DNA of 64,000 bases from an uncultured Candidatus Rokubacteria bacterium (GCA_963708025.1 CAVPSB010000034.1:128001-192000), one strand, 5' to 3'. Positions 1-9,148 are shown, counted from the first letter of the stretch. The notes: generated by a model from the letters alone, not told the origin. Numbers and translations are program-made.

Positions 1-1256
1 CCGGCGAAGCCCCCGAAGAACACGGCGCTGAACAGCGTGTAGTGGAAGTGCGCGACGACGAAGTAGGTGTTGTTGATGTAGATGTCGACCGGGGCCGACC
101 CGTTGAAGATGCCGGTGAGCCCGCCCACGATGAACATCGTGACGAAGCCGAGGGCCCAGAGCATCGGGGTGTCGAAGCGGATCGAGCCCCGCCACAGCGT
201 CGCGATCATCGCGAACATCACGAAGGCGAACGGCACCGAGATCAGGATGGTCGTGACCGAGAAGGGCATCGCCAGACGCGGGTCCATGCCACTCACGAAC
301 ATGTGGTGCGCCCACACGATGAACGACAGCGCCCCCGCCACCAGGGTGGCCCAGATGATCCACCGGTACCCGAAGATCGGCTTCCGGGAGAACACCGGCA
401 GGACCTCCAGCACGAAGCCGACGGCGGGCAGCAGCACGACGTAGACCTCGGGGTGCCCGAAGAACCAGAAGAGATGCTGCCAGAGGAGCGGGTCCCCGCC
501 GCCGGCCGGCGCGAAGAACTGCGTCCCGATCGTCCGGTCCAGGAGGAGCATCACCGCCCCGCCGATCAGGGGCCCCACCGACAGCAGGAAGATCACCGCC
601 GCCATGAGTTGATGCCACACGACCAGCGGGAGCCGGAAGAAGCCCATGCCCGGGGCTCGCAGGACGATCGCGGTCGTCACGTAGTTGACCCCGCCCATCA
701 GGAACGACGCGAACTCCAGCGCGTGGGCCAGGAGCCAGAGGTTCAGCCCCCACGTCACCCCGGTGAAGTCCGGCCGCGCCGACAGCGGCGGGTACCCGGT
801 CCAGCCCGCCGAGGCCGCCCCGCCCGGCACGAAGAAGGACACGAGCAGGAGCAGGGAGGCGACGAGGAACACCCAGACCGAGAGCATGTTCAGGCGCGGG
901 AAGACCATGTCCCGGGCGCCGATCATGAGCGGGATCAGGAAGTTTCCGAACGCCCCCAGCAGGATGGGCATCGCCACGAAGAACACCATGATGGTCCCGT
1001 GCATCGTGACGAAGACGTTGTAGGCCTCGGGCCCGACCTCGCCCAGCACCGGAACTGGCGCCTCCGGCCAGGCGAGCTGGTATCGCATCAGGAACGCGAG
1101 AAAGCTCCCCACCAGGATCCAGAACACCCCGAGGCCGAGGTACTGCATCCCGATGGTCTTGTGGTCGGTCGCGAAGACGTACCGCCCCCAGAATCCCGGC
1201 GCCGCGTGCTGGGCGACGTGCGCCACCGCCGCCGTCCCGGCCCCCGCCTCGCTCAT
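1..1256 (-). CDS. coxA: Heme-copper oxidase subunit I, A-family (3' end outside window); atypical K-channel and Mg site
   Basis: Not in the ORF track; translated by hand from ATG 1256. Motifs: ATDHKTIG, TMHGTIMVFF, FGNFLIPLMIGARDMVFPRLN, GWTGYPPLS, WQHLFWFFGHPEVY, VWAHHM, VVAHFHY. Confidence 0.95.
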   Translation of the reverse strand, partial: MSEAGAGTAAVAHVAQHAAPGFWGRYVFATDHKTIGMQYLGLGVFWILVGSFLAFLMRYQLAWPEAPVPVLGEVGPEAYNVFVTMHGTIMVFFVAMPILLGAFGNFLIPLMIGARDMVFPRLNMLSVWVFLVASLLLLVSFFVPGGAASAGWTGYPPLSARPDFTGVTWGLNLWLLAHALEFASFLMGGVNYVTTAIVLRAPGMGFFRLPLVVWHQLMAAVIFLLSVGPLIGGAVMLLLDRTIGTQFFAPAGGGDPLLWQHLFWFFGHPEVYVVLLPAVGFVLEVLPVFSRKPIFGYRWIIWATLVAGALSFIVWAHHMFVSGMDPRLAMPFSVTTILISVPFAFVMFAMIATLWRGSIRFDTPMLWALGFVTMFIVGGLTGIFNGSAPVDIYINNTYFVVAHFHYTLFSAVFFGGFA

Positions 1257-1281
1257 GTGGTCGTCTCCCGGCCCGTGTCCG

Positions 1282-1959
1282 TCAGGATCCCCACTGCTCG
1301 GCCCGCCACCGGTCGAAGACCTCCGGCGTCTCGACGAAGAGGTATCCCTTCATCCCGGAGTGCCCGAACCCGCAGAGCATGGCGCAGGGAAGCTCGTACT
1401 TGCCGGTCTTCGTCGCCTCGAACCAGGCGTCGATCACGCGCCCCGGCACCACGTCCTGCTTGAGACGGAGGTTGGGCAGGAAGAAGCTGTGGATGACGTC
1501 CTTCGAGCGGAGCTCGAGCCGCACCGGCTTCCCGACCGGGACGTGGATCTCGTTGTCGAAGGTCCGGTCGTCCGTGGTGTCGAACTTCCCGTCCGGCCCC
1601 GGGTAGACGACCTCCCAGTTGAACTGCTTGCCGGTGACCCGGATCGTCAGCTCCGCCGGCGGCCGCTCCAGCTTGACCCGCGCCCAGGCCGGCGCGCCCT
1701 TGAAGTCGATCCAGAAATCGAGCACCAGCACGACCGCCACCGGGACGAGCAGCCACGCCACCTCGCCGAGCCGCTCGCCGCGCACGTACGCCGCGCGCTG
1801 GCCCGGGCGGCGCCGGTAGCGGACGAGGAACCAGCCGATGGCGCCGAAGGTGATGAAGAACCAGATGATCGTGAGGTAGTAAACCAGGCCGAAGACCGCG
1901 TCGATCTCGCCACCGTAGGTCGAGACGTTCTCGGGCAGCCACCGGAACCAGTTGAGCAT
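1282..1959 (-). CDS. coxB: Cytochrome c oxidase subunit II (CuA)
   Basis: MLNWFRWLPENVSTYG start, two TM helices, GKQFNW, DVIHSF, CAMLCGFGHSGM CuA motif. ATG overlaps the upstream TGA (TGATG). Confidence 0.93.
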   Translation of the reverse strand: MLNWFRWLPENVSTYGGEIDAVFGLVYYLTIIWFFITFGAIGWFLVRYRRRPGQRAAYVRGERLGEVAWLLVPVAVVLVLDFWIDFKGAPAWARVKLERPPAELTIRVTGKQFNWEVVYPGPDGKFDTTDDRTFDNEIHVPVGKPVRLELRSKDVIHSFFLPNLRLKQDVVPGRVIDAWFEATKTGKYELPCAMLCGFGHSGMKGYLFVETPEVFDRWRAEQWGS

Positions 1960-2390
1960 CAGGACGCCTCCCGCCGCGTCGGGGGGGTGTGAGCCGGGAC
2001 CAGGTCGTCGATGCGCACCGCCTCGAGCTCCCGGGTGACGAGCGCCTGGATCCGGAGCCAGACTGGATGGACCGGGCACGTGCCGGCCCGGGCACACCGC
2101 GGTGGCCGGGTCACGCACCGGTTGAGCGCCATCGGCCCCTCGACGGCCTCGATGACCCGCCGGAGGCTGATCGTGTGCGGGCTCGCCGCGAGCGAGACGC
2201 CACCCAGCGCGCCGCGCCGCGTGTGCACCAGACCGTCCCGCGCGAGGGCCTGGACGATCTTGGTCAGGTAGGCCCGGGGCACCTCGGTGCGCCGGCCGAG
2301 GTCGTCCGTCCTGACGGTCGTCCCCGCCGGCTGCGCCGCCAGATCGACGACGACCCGCACCGCGTAGTCGCCCTTGCGCGTGAGCTCCAT
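1959..2390 (-). CDS. Rrf2-family (IscR/NsrR-like) Fe-S transcriptional regulator
   Basis: MELTRKGDYAVR, YLTKIVQAL, RGALGGVSLA, and three Cys in C-x6-C-x5-C (RCVTRPPRCARAGTCPVH). Confidence 0.92.
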   Translation of the reverse strand: MELTRKGDYAVRVVVDLAAQPAGTTVRTDDLGRRTEVPRAYLTKIVQALARDGLVHTRRGALGGVSLAASPHTISLRRVIEAVEGPMALNRCVTRPPRCARAGTCPVHPVWLRIQALVTRELEAVRIDDLVPAHTPPTRREAS

Positions 2391-2394
2391 GGAG

Positions 2395-2420
2395 TGGACC
2401 TTGTTGATCCCGTTGGTCCA
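2395..2420. promoter_or_regulatory. Inverted repeat TGGACC-N14-GGTCCA, putative Rrf2 autoregulatory operator
   Basis: Perfect 6-bp arms ending 4 nt before the Rrf2 ATG. Confidence 0.5.
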
Positions 2421-2623
2421 GAAGGACCTACCCGAGGATCGCTCACGGGCCACGGCGCGGACAATGAGGCATCCGCATCATTTCCCTAGTCCGGGCGACC
2501 CGGTCGTCCGGCACCTCGACGAAGCGAGCCGGCGCCGTCTCGAGGAACGCCTCGGGTGGCGGCGCGCCTCGTCCACCGCTGAAAGGGTCGGAACGGCCGG
2601 CGCAGCCCCCGGGGGGGGGAGAA

Positions 2624-2652
2624 TCGAGGGGGGGGTCTTCCGAGCCCTCGAA
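2624..2652 (-). repeat. Family-A 3' hairpin (degenerate copy)
   Basis: TTCGAGGGCTCGGAAGACCCCCCCCTCGA, 4 nt after the stop at 2657. Confidence 0.55.
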
Positions 2653-2656
2653 GGGA

Positions 2657-5600
2657 CTACCGGGTCTCGACCGCCGGGAGACCGCCTTCGCGCACGAGCG
2701 TGTTGAACGCGGACACGTCGGCGTCGACCAGCGCCTGGAGGCGACCGAGCTCCCGGCGGACCTGGGCCGCCAGGTGCTCGTAGACCTCGACGGCCTGCCG
2801 GGGTGGGGCGGCGTCGGCGCTCGACAGCACGCTGACCAGGGAGGCCAGGCGGAGGTTGAGGCGCGCGGGATACCGGAGCGCGTCCATCGAGTTCCGGGCG
2901 CCGGTCTGGACCAGCTCGGTCTCGATCTCGGTGAGCCGGGCCACGAGCGCCTCGGCCGCGCCGGCGATGGCGAGGAGACGCTCGGGGGCCTCGCCGGGCG
3001 CCGTGGACTCGCGGACGCGCTGGGACCACTCGCCCACCTGACGGCGGATCCGCCGGAGGCGGTTGATGCCGGCATGCGTCTCCGACAGCGTGTCGCGGAT
3101 GCGGCTCCACAGGGCGAACTGCGCGTCGAGATCGGCCTGGCTGGCCGGCACCCGGGGATCCTTGCGCACCTCGAACGACTGCGTCCACGACCGGTCGCCG
3201 ACCGTCAGACGGACCTGGTAGGTGCCGGGCGGAGCGAGCGGGCCGGTGATCGCCTTCTCGGTGGTGACGTCACCCGGCACCTTTTCCGCGCCGGGGTAGC
3301 GGAGGTCCCACACGAAGCGGTTGAGGCCCGGCCGGGCCGTGATGTAACGCTCGTCCTTCGGCGCGGCTTCGGGGGCGACCGACGTCGTCTCGGCGCCAGG
3401 CGGCCGGCTCGTTCCGCCGTCGGCTGCCGGCTCCTCCGGCCGTGTCCCGAACGTGCGGATCACGGCGCCCCCGGATTCCAGGAAGCCGAGCGACACGGGA
3501 CCGGCAGGCGCGCCGGGAAGGACGTAGTAGACGATGGCGCCGGTCGGCGGGTTCTCGCCGGCGTCGAGGAACGTCCGCAGGCGCTCGCCCTCGGGCGTCC
3601 GGTCCTCGTAGAAGGTCAGCCCGGTCCCCAGCGCCATCATGTAGTTCTTGTGGTGCTTGCCCGGCCCCCGGAAGAGGTCCACGCTCCAGTTCTGCCAGGG
3701 CCGCACGGTGGCGCGCGGCGGGAGGAGCCGGGCGGCCTCGGCCGCGCTCGCCGTCGCCTCGCGCAGCGGGGTCAGGTCGTCGAGGATCCAGAACGACCGG
3801 CCGTGGGTCGCGGCGACCAGGTCGCCGTTCTTGACGGCGAGGTCGTAGACCGGCGCCACCGGCAGGTTCCCGGGAAGCCGGTGCCAGGTCGTCCCGTCGT
3901 CCCCGGACACCACGACCCCGGTCTCCGTCCCGACGTAGAGGAGCCCGCGCCGCGCCGGGTCCTCCCGGATGACGCGGCTGATCTCGCCGGCCGGGAAGTC
4001 CCCGGCCAGGGCGCGCCAGGTGTGGCCGTAGTCGTCGGTCCGGTAGAGGTAGGCGTGGTAGTCGTCGAGCTTGTAGCGGGTGGCGGCCACGTAGGCCGTG
4101 CCGCGCGCGTGCGGCGAGACCTCGATCGTCGCGATCAGGGACCACTCGGGCAGATCGGGCGGCGTCACGTTCTGCCAGCGTCTGGCCGTCGTCCCGCGAG
4201 ACGTGGACGAGGCCGTCGTCGCTCCCTGCCCACAGGACGCCCCGCTCGTGCGGGCGACTCGGCAAAGGCGTAGACGGTGCCGTAGTGCTCGGCGCCGCTG
4301 GTGTCCTTGGTCAGCGGCCCGCCCGAGGCTTCGAGCTTGGTCGGGTCCTGCCGGGTGAGGTCCGGGCTGATCGCCTCCCAGCTCGAGCCCTCGTCGCGGG
4401 TGCGGAAGACGAGGTTGCCGGTGGCGTAGAGCGTGCCGGGGTCGTGGGGCGAGAAGACGATGGGGAAGGTCCAGGCGAAGCGGTACTTGAGGTCCCGGGC
4501 GCCCCAGCCGTAGTACACCTCCGGCCACACGGTGACGAGCCGGATCTGGCGCGTGCGGTGGTCGTAGCGCTGGAGCGCCCCACCGCCGCCGGGCGAGCTG
4601 CCGACCGCGCCGACGTAGACGACGTTCGGATCGCGCGGGTGGACCGCGATGTACCCGCTCTCCCCGGTGCCGGCCGGGTAGCAGTCGCCCCAGGTGATGC
4701 CGCCGTTCTCGGAGGCGCTTGGCACGCTCACGCTCGAGTTGTCCTGCTGGGTGCCGTAGACGCGGTAGGGGTGCTGGTCGTCGGTGGCCACGTGATAGAA
4801 CTGCGCGGTGAGCTGGTTGTAGATGGTGGACCAGCTCCCGCCCGCCGTTGAACGAGACGCAGGCGCCGCCGTCGTTCCCCTCGATCATGCGCCGGGGATC
4901 CCGGGGGTCGATCCAGAGATCGTGGTTGTCGCCGTGCGGCGTGGTGATCTCGGCGAAGGTGCGCCCGCCGTCGGTCGACTTCCACATCTTGAGATTGGTC
5001 ACGTAGACCGTGTCGGGGTCGACCGGGTCCGCGAAGACGTGGCAGTAGTACCAGGGGCGATGGATCAGGTCGCGGTTGTCGGAGACGAGCTCCCACGTTC
5101 GCCCGCCGTCGTCCGAGCGGTAGAGGCCCGCGCTCGACGCCTCGACGATGGCCCAGACGCGATCGCCCCGGGCCGGGGACACGCTGACCCCGATCTTGCC
5201 CTTGATCCCGCGCGGCAGCCCCGGATTGTCGGTGATGTCCGTCCAGGTGTCGCCCCCGTCGGTCGACTTGTAGATCCGGCTGTCCGGGCCCCCGCTGGAG
5301 AGCGTCCAGAAGTGGCGGTACACCTCCCAGGTGGCCGCGTAGAGGACGCGGGGGTTGCCCGGGTCGAGGGCGAGGTCGATCGCGCCCGCCTTGTCGCTCG
5401 TGAAGAGGACCTGCTGCCAGCTGCGGCCGCCGTCCCGGGAGCGGAAGACCCCGCGCTCCCGGTTGGGTCCGAACGCGTGGCCGAGCGCGGCGACGTACAC
5501 CAGGTCGGGGTCGCGGGGGTGGACGCGGATCTTGCCGATGTGACGGCTGTCGGCCAGCCCCACGTGCGTCCACGTCTGGCCGCCGTCGGTCGTCTTGTAG

Positions 5601-5896
5601 ACGCCGTCGCCGTAGGAGACGTCGATCCGGATGGTCGCCTCCCCCGTTCCCGCGTAGATGACGCTGGGATCCGACTCGGCCACCGCCAGCGCACCGATGG
5701 CCGCCGTTCGGAAGTAGCCGTCGGAGACGTTCTCCCAGTACGTGCCGCCGTCCGTCGTCTTCCACACCCCACCGGCCACGGCACCGAAGTAGAACACCGC
5801 CGGCTCGGTTGGATGGCCGGCGACCGCGACCACCCGCCCGCCGCGCGGGGGACCGATGCAGCGCCACCGGAGGGTCTGGAACAGGGCTGGGTCCAT
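2657..5896 (-). CDS. BNR/VPS10-like beta-propeller glycosyl hydrolase-family protein (compensating frameshifts at ~4840, ~4250, ~4180)
   Basis: WRCIGPPRGGRV start and many S/T-x-D-G-G-x-T-W repeats. The middle segment lies in ORFs 4165-4791 (YGTQQDNS) and 3270-4265 (WAGSDDGLVHVSRD). Confidence 0.85.
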   Translation of the reverse strand: MDPALFQTLRWRCIGPPRGGRVVAVAGHPTEPAVFYFGAVAGGVWKTTDGGTYWENVSDGYFRTAAIGALAVAESDPSVIYAGTGEATIRIDVSYGDGVYKTTDGGQTWTHVGLADSRHIGKIRVHPRDPDLVYVAALGHAFGPNRERGVFRSRDGGRSWQQVLFTSDKAGAIDLALDPGNPRVLYAATWEVYRHFWTLSSGGPDSRIYKSTDGGDTWTDITDNPGLPRGIKGKIGVSVSPARGDRVWAIVEASSAGLYRSDDGGRTWELVSDNRDLIHRPWYYCHVFADPVDPDTVYVTNLKMWKSTDGGRTFAEITTPHGDNHDLWIDPRDPRRMIEGNDGGACVSFNGGRELVHHLQPAHRAVLSRGHRRPAPLPRLRHPAGQLERERAKRLRERRHHLGRLLPGRHRGERVHRGPPARSERRLRRRGRQLARRRWGAPALRPPHAPDPARHRVAGGVLRLGRPGPQVPLRLDLPHRLLAPRPRHALRHRQPRLPHPRRGLELGGDQPGPHPAGPDQARSLGRAADQGHQRRRALRHRLRLCRVARTSGASCGQGATTASSTSRGTTARRWQNVTPPDLPEWSLIATIEVSPHARGTAYVAATRYKLDDYHAYLYRTDDYGHTWRALAGDFPAGEISRVIREDPARRGLLYVGTETGVVVSGDDGTTWHRLPGNLPVAPVYDLAVKNGDLVAATHGRSFWILDDLTPLREATASAAEAARLLPPRATVRPWQNWSVDLFRGPGKHHKNYMMALGTGLTFYEDRTPEGERLRTFLDAGENPPTGAIVYYVLPGAPAGPVSLGFLESGGAVIRTFGTRPEEPAADGGTSRPPGAETTSVAPEAAPKDERYITARPGLNRFVWDLRYPGAEKVPGDVTTEKAITGPLAPPGTYQVRLTVGDRSWTQSFEVRKDPRVPASQADLDAQFALWSRIRDTLSETHAGINRLRRIRRQVGEWSQRVRESTAPGEAPERLLAIAGAAEALVARLTEIETELVQTGARNSMDALRYPARLNLRLASLVSVLSSADAAPPRQAVEVYEHLAAQVRRELGRLQALVDADVSAFNTLVREGGLPAVETR

Positions 5897-6022
5897 CGGA
5901 TCGACCTCGCAAGCTCGGAGTTTTCGCCGCCGTTCGGATCGCGATCGGAACTAGAGGCCGTCCGCGATGATAGGCCAGCGCGGGCCAGTGGCGCAACCGG
6001 CCACGATGCGGCCGACTCGCGG

Positions 6023-6051
6023 TTGACAGTCCGGGGCCGGCCGTCTAGTGT
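6023..6051 (+). promoter_or_regulatory. Sigma70-type promoter
   Basis: TTGACA-N17-TAGTGT upstream of the 6094 ORF. Confidence 0.6.
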
Positions 6052-6093
6052 CTCATCGACGGCCGATCGGTCCACCGACAGGAGGAGGACGCC

Positions 6094-6360
6094 ATGGAGG
6101 AAGTGTTTCCCGTAGGCTCGGGGGTGGTTCTGGGACTCGCCATCGCCTACCTGGTCCCGGGGCGACTACGAGGTTGGGTCCTCGGCTGCTTCAGCGTGCT
6201 CATCGGCGCGATGGCCAGCTGGGTCAGCGGGGAGCTGGCGATCAGCTGGGTCTATCTCCTGATCGACACCGCCCAGGTGCTGGTGGCCGGCGCGATGACC
6301 TGGTTCCTGGCGGTCCGCTGGAGACGCTTCGCCGCTGCCTCCGGCCGACGAAACGCCTGA
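6094..6360 (+). CDS. Small hypothetical membrane protein (88 aa, ~3 TM)
   Basis: AGGAGG SD, upstream promoter, hydrophobic helices. Confidence 0.75.
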   Translation: MEEVFPVGSGVVLGLAIAYLVPGRLRGWVLGCFSVLIGAMASWVSGELAISWVYLLIDTAQVLVAGAMTWFLAVRWRRFAAASGRRNA

Positions 6361-6433
6361 CGCCCCTCCCGGACTGATTCCGAGCGGCGGCTCCGCCGGC
6401 CGGCCCACCCACCCGACCCGAAAAGGGGGGGCA

Positions 6434-6462
6434 TCGGGGGGGTGTTCCGACACCCCCCCGAA
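6434..6462 (-). repeat. Family-A 3' hairpin
   Basis: TTCGGGGGGGTGT-CGGA-ACACCCCCCCGA, 3 nt after the stop at 6466. Confidence 0.75.
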
Positions 6463-6465
6463 GGC

Positions 6466-7473
6466 CTAGCGGAGGAAGGTGGCCTGCCGCGCCGTCTCGA
6501 TACAGCGCAGCGCGTCGGCCGGCGTCAGGATCTCGCGGGCCAGGAGCCGCTCGAACTCCTTCCGGAGCGTCGTCCGGAGGAGGTAGGTCCCGTCGGTGTT
6601 GATCGTGGTCCGGACGCCGGCGGCGCGGAAGCGGGCGAAGATCTCCCGCAGCTCCGCCCAGCCCGAGATGGCCCGGGTGCGGTGGTTCGACGACGGACAG
6701 ATCTCCAGCACGATGTTGCGCTCGACGAGCTTCGCCATCAGCTCCTCGCTCTGGGCGGCGGCGATCCCGTGGCCGATCCGGTCCGGCTCGAGCTTCTCGA
6801 TGACCGCCAGCACCCCCTCGGGCCCGGTGTGGGAGGTCTCGCCGGTGTGGATGGTGGTGCCGAGACCGGCCGCCCGGGCCCTCGCGAACAGCTCCCGGTA
6901 GCGGTCCACGTCGCCCCCGAACTCGAGCGTGTGGCGCTCGGGTCCGGCCAGATCGATCCCCACCACCCCCCGGTCGCGATAGCGCTCGGCCTTGCGGACG
7001 AGGATGTCGTTCAGCTCGTAGTCGAACTCGCGAGCGAGACAGAAGATCAGGCCGGCCCGGACGCCGTAGGCGAGGCAGGCCCGCTCCATGCCGCGAATGG
7101 CGGCGGCGATGATGTGGTCGAGGTCGCGCTCGCCGCCGACGTTCCGCTTCATGGGGTTGAAGCGGAGCTCGATGGTCGAGACGCGGGAGGAGCGGTACTC
7201 CTTGCCGATGATGGCGTAGACCGACCGCTCGATGGCGGAGGGTGACGACTGGATCCGCTCCGTCCAGCGGTGCATGATGTCGAGGTAGCTGTCCAGGGAC
7301 GACACCCGGGCGGGGTCGGCGTAGACGAGGTCGCGGAACTCCCAGTAGGTCCTGACCGGCAGCTTGAAGCCGTGGTCGTGCGCGATCTCCCACAGCACCT
7401 GGGGGGCGACGGCGCCTCCCACGTGGATGTGGAGGTCGGTCAGCTCGATCGTATCGAGGCTGAAGTCGCTCAG
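6466..7473 (-). CDS. add: Adenosine/adenine deaminase family protein (start probably CTG 7473)
   Basis: DLHIHVGG lies upstream of the ORF-track start. Also TIHTGE, DRIGHG, EICPSSN, INTDG. Confidence 0.85.
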   Translation of the reverse strand: MSDFSLDTIELTDLHIHVGGAVAPQVLWEIAHDHGFKLPVRTYWEFRDLVYADPARVSSLDSYLDIMHRWTERIQSSPSAIERSVYAIIGKEYRSSRVSTIELRFNPMKRNVGGERDLDHIIAAAIRGMERACLAYGVRAGLIFCLAREFDYELNDILVRKAERYRDRGVVGIDLAGPERHTLEFGGDVDRYRELFARARAAGLGTTIHTGETSHTGPEGVLAVIEKLEPDRIGHGIAAAQSEELMAKLVERNIVLEICPSSNHRTRAISGWAELREIFARFRAAGVRTTINTDGTYLLRTTLRKEFERLLAREILTPADALRCIETARQATFLR

Positions 7474-7503
7474 CTCGGCTCCGACGTCACGGTCCCGGGC
7501 ACG

Positions 7504-8076
7504 CTACCTCGCCGCCAGCGCGGTCTCGATGTCCTTCCGCAGACCCGCGTCGTCCGGCGTCACCCGGCTCGGATAGAACTTCACGACCCGGCCGTCCCGG
7601 GCGACCAGGTACTTGCCGAAGTTCCAGCCCGGCAGCTCGCCGGACTGCTTCTGGAGATTGGCGTACACGGGGGACTGGCCGGTGCCGGCCCGGGTGACGA
7701 CCTTCTCGAACAGCGGGAAGCTGACGTCGTAGGTGAGCGAGCAGAACTGGCGGATCTCCCGGGCCGTCCCCGGCTCCTGGCCGCCGAAGTCGTTGCTCGG
7801 GAAGCCCAGGACGAGGAAGTCCCGGCCGCGGAGGTCGCGGTAGAGCTTCTCCAGGCCCGCGTACTGGGGCGTGTAGCCGCACTGGCTGGCCAAGTTGACG
7901 ACGAGGGTGACCTTGCCGGCGTAGGCCTTGAGATCGGCGGGCTGCCCCTCCAGGGTCTTCGTCGTCAGGCGATAGAGCGAGTCCGGGGCCAAGGCGATCT
8001 CCTTCTTGCTCTCCTGGGCCTCGGACGCGAGCGTCAGGGCCAGCAGGGCGAGGCCAACGGTCCACACGCGGCGCAT
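7504..8076 (-). CDS. Glutathione peroxidase family protein with signal peptide (Cys type)
   Basis: NLASQCGYTPQY, GFPSNDFGGQEPG, WNFGKYLV. Confidence 0.92.
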   Translation of the reverse strand: MRRVWTVGLALLALTLASEAQESKKEIALAPDSLYRLTTKTLEGQPADLKAYAGKVTLVVNLASQCGYTPQYAGLEKLYRDLRGRDFLVLGFPSNDFGGQEPGTAREIRQFCSLTYDVSFPLFEKVVTRAGTGQSPVYANLQKQSGELPGWNFGKYLVARDGRVVKFYPSRVTPDDAGLRKDIETALAAR

Positions 8077-8101
8077 GGGTCGTCTCCTGTGCCCGGGTTT
8101 G

Positions 8102-8569
8102 TCAGCGAGCCGAGGGGCCGCCGAGGGCGGCCTCCATGTCCTTCACCCGGTGAGCCCCCGAGTGCCCGTCGAGGTCGGCGGGCCAGTGGGCGGAGCGCTC
8201 CCGGCGGCCGAACCACTCGGCGGGGGTCCTGGCGAGCGTCCTCAGCACGTCGGCGTGGACCCGACGATGCCACGCGATGACCTGGCCCGGCCGCTGGCGA
8301 TGCCAGCGCTCGTAGATGAGGCGGTTGATCTGGTTCACGTCGAGGCCCCGCATCTCCGGCAGCCGCCGCTCGCCGCGGATCACGCGGGCGGTGTGCTCTT
8401 TCCAGTAGACGATGTGGGCGAGGGCGTCCTTGACGGTCCACGGATCGCGTGTCGGCGGCCGCGGCACCCGCCGGTTCCAGTCCGCCGGGCGCAGCCGCGC
8501 GACCAGCCGGTCGAGCCGGGCGAACTCGCGGCGGGTCCGGTCGAGAACCTCCCGGCGGGTGTGACGCAT
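8102..8569 (-). CDS. DinB/ClbS-DfsB-like four-helix bundle protein
   Basis: WTVKDALAHIVYW and C-terminal H-x3-H. Confidence 0.75.
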   Translation of the reverse strand: MRHTRREVLDRTRREFARLDRLVARLRPADWNRRVPRPPTRDPWTVKDALAHIVYWKEHTARVIRGERRLPEMRGLDVNQINRLIYERWHRQRPGQVIAWHRRVHADVLRTLARTPAEWFGRRERSAHWPADLDGHSGAHRVKDMEAALGGPSAR

Positions 8570-8668
8570 GTCGGGAAGCATCCTACACCGCCGGGCTCAC
8601 CGGCGCGACTGGCGCGATGCCGCACCGGGGCGAGACGGAGGCGGTATACTGAAACGACAGGAAATACG

Positions 8669-9148
8669 ATGCGTTCACGCCTCGTCGCCGCGGGTGGCGC
8701 CCTGATGCTGACGGTGGCGGCCGCCCTCGCCCCGACCGCGCCGCTCGCGGATCCCAGCTCGCCGGCCGTCGAGCAGCGGCGCCAGCCCCCGGCCGCGGAG
8801 ACCGCCGACAGCGAGTACAACCGCGGCGTGCGGGCCCGCGTCGCCCAGGACTGGAAGGCGGCCGAGGCCGCGTTCCGCCGCGCCATCGCCCTGCGCCCCG
8901 GCTTCCCGGACGCCTGGAACGAGCTCGGGTATGCCCTGCGCAACCAGAGCCGCTACCCGGAGTCACTCCGGGCCTACGACGAGGCGCTCCGGCTGCGGCC
9001 CGACTTCCCGGAGGCGCTCGAGTATCTCGGCGAGGCCTACGTGAAGGTCGGCCGGCTCCCGGACGCGCGCCGCGTCCTCGACCGGCTGCGTGCCCTCGAC
9101 CCCCGCCGCGCCCGAGAGCTGGCCGAGGTCATCGAGAAGGGAAACTAG
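8669..9148 (+). CDS. Secreted tetratricopeptide-repeat protein
   Basis: Signal peptide; TPRs DAWNELGYALR and EALEYLGEAYV. Confidence 0.85.
   Translation: MRSRLVAAGGALMLTVAAALAPTAPLADPSSPAVEQRRQPPAAETADSEYNRGVRARVAQDWKAAEAAFRRAIALRPGFPDAWNELGYALRNQSRYPESLRAYDEALRLRPDFPEALEYLGEAYVKVGRLPDARRVLDRLRALDPRRARELAEVIEKGN

Noticed and set aside
2464-2481. TGA-N10-TCA palindrome upstream of rrf2 as an FNR/CRP site
   Set aside because: Poor match to either consensus.
7870-7890. Possible selenocysteine in the glutathione peroxidase
   Set aside because: The codon is TGC (SQCG).
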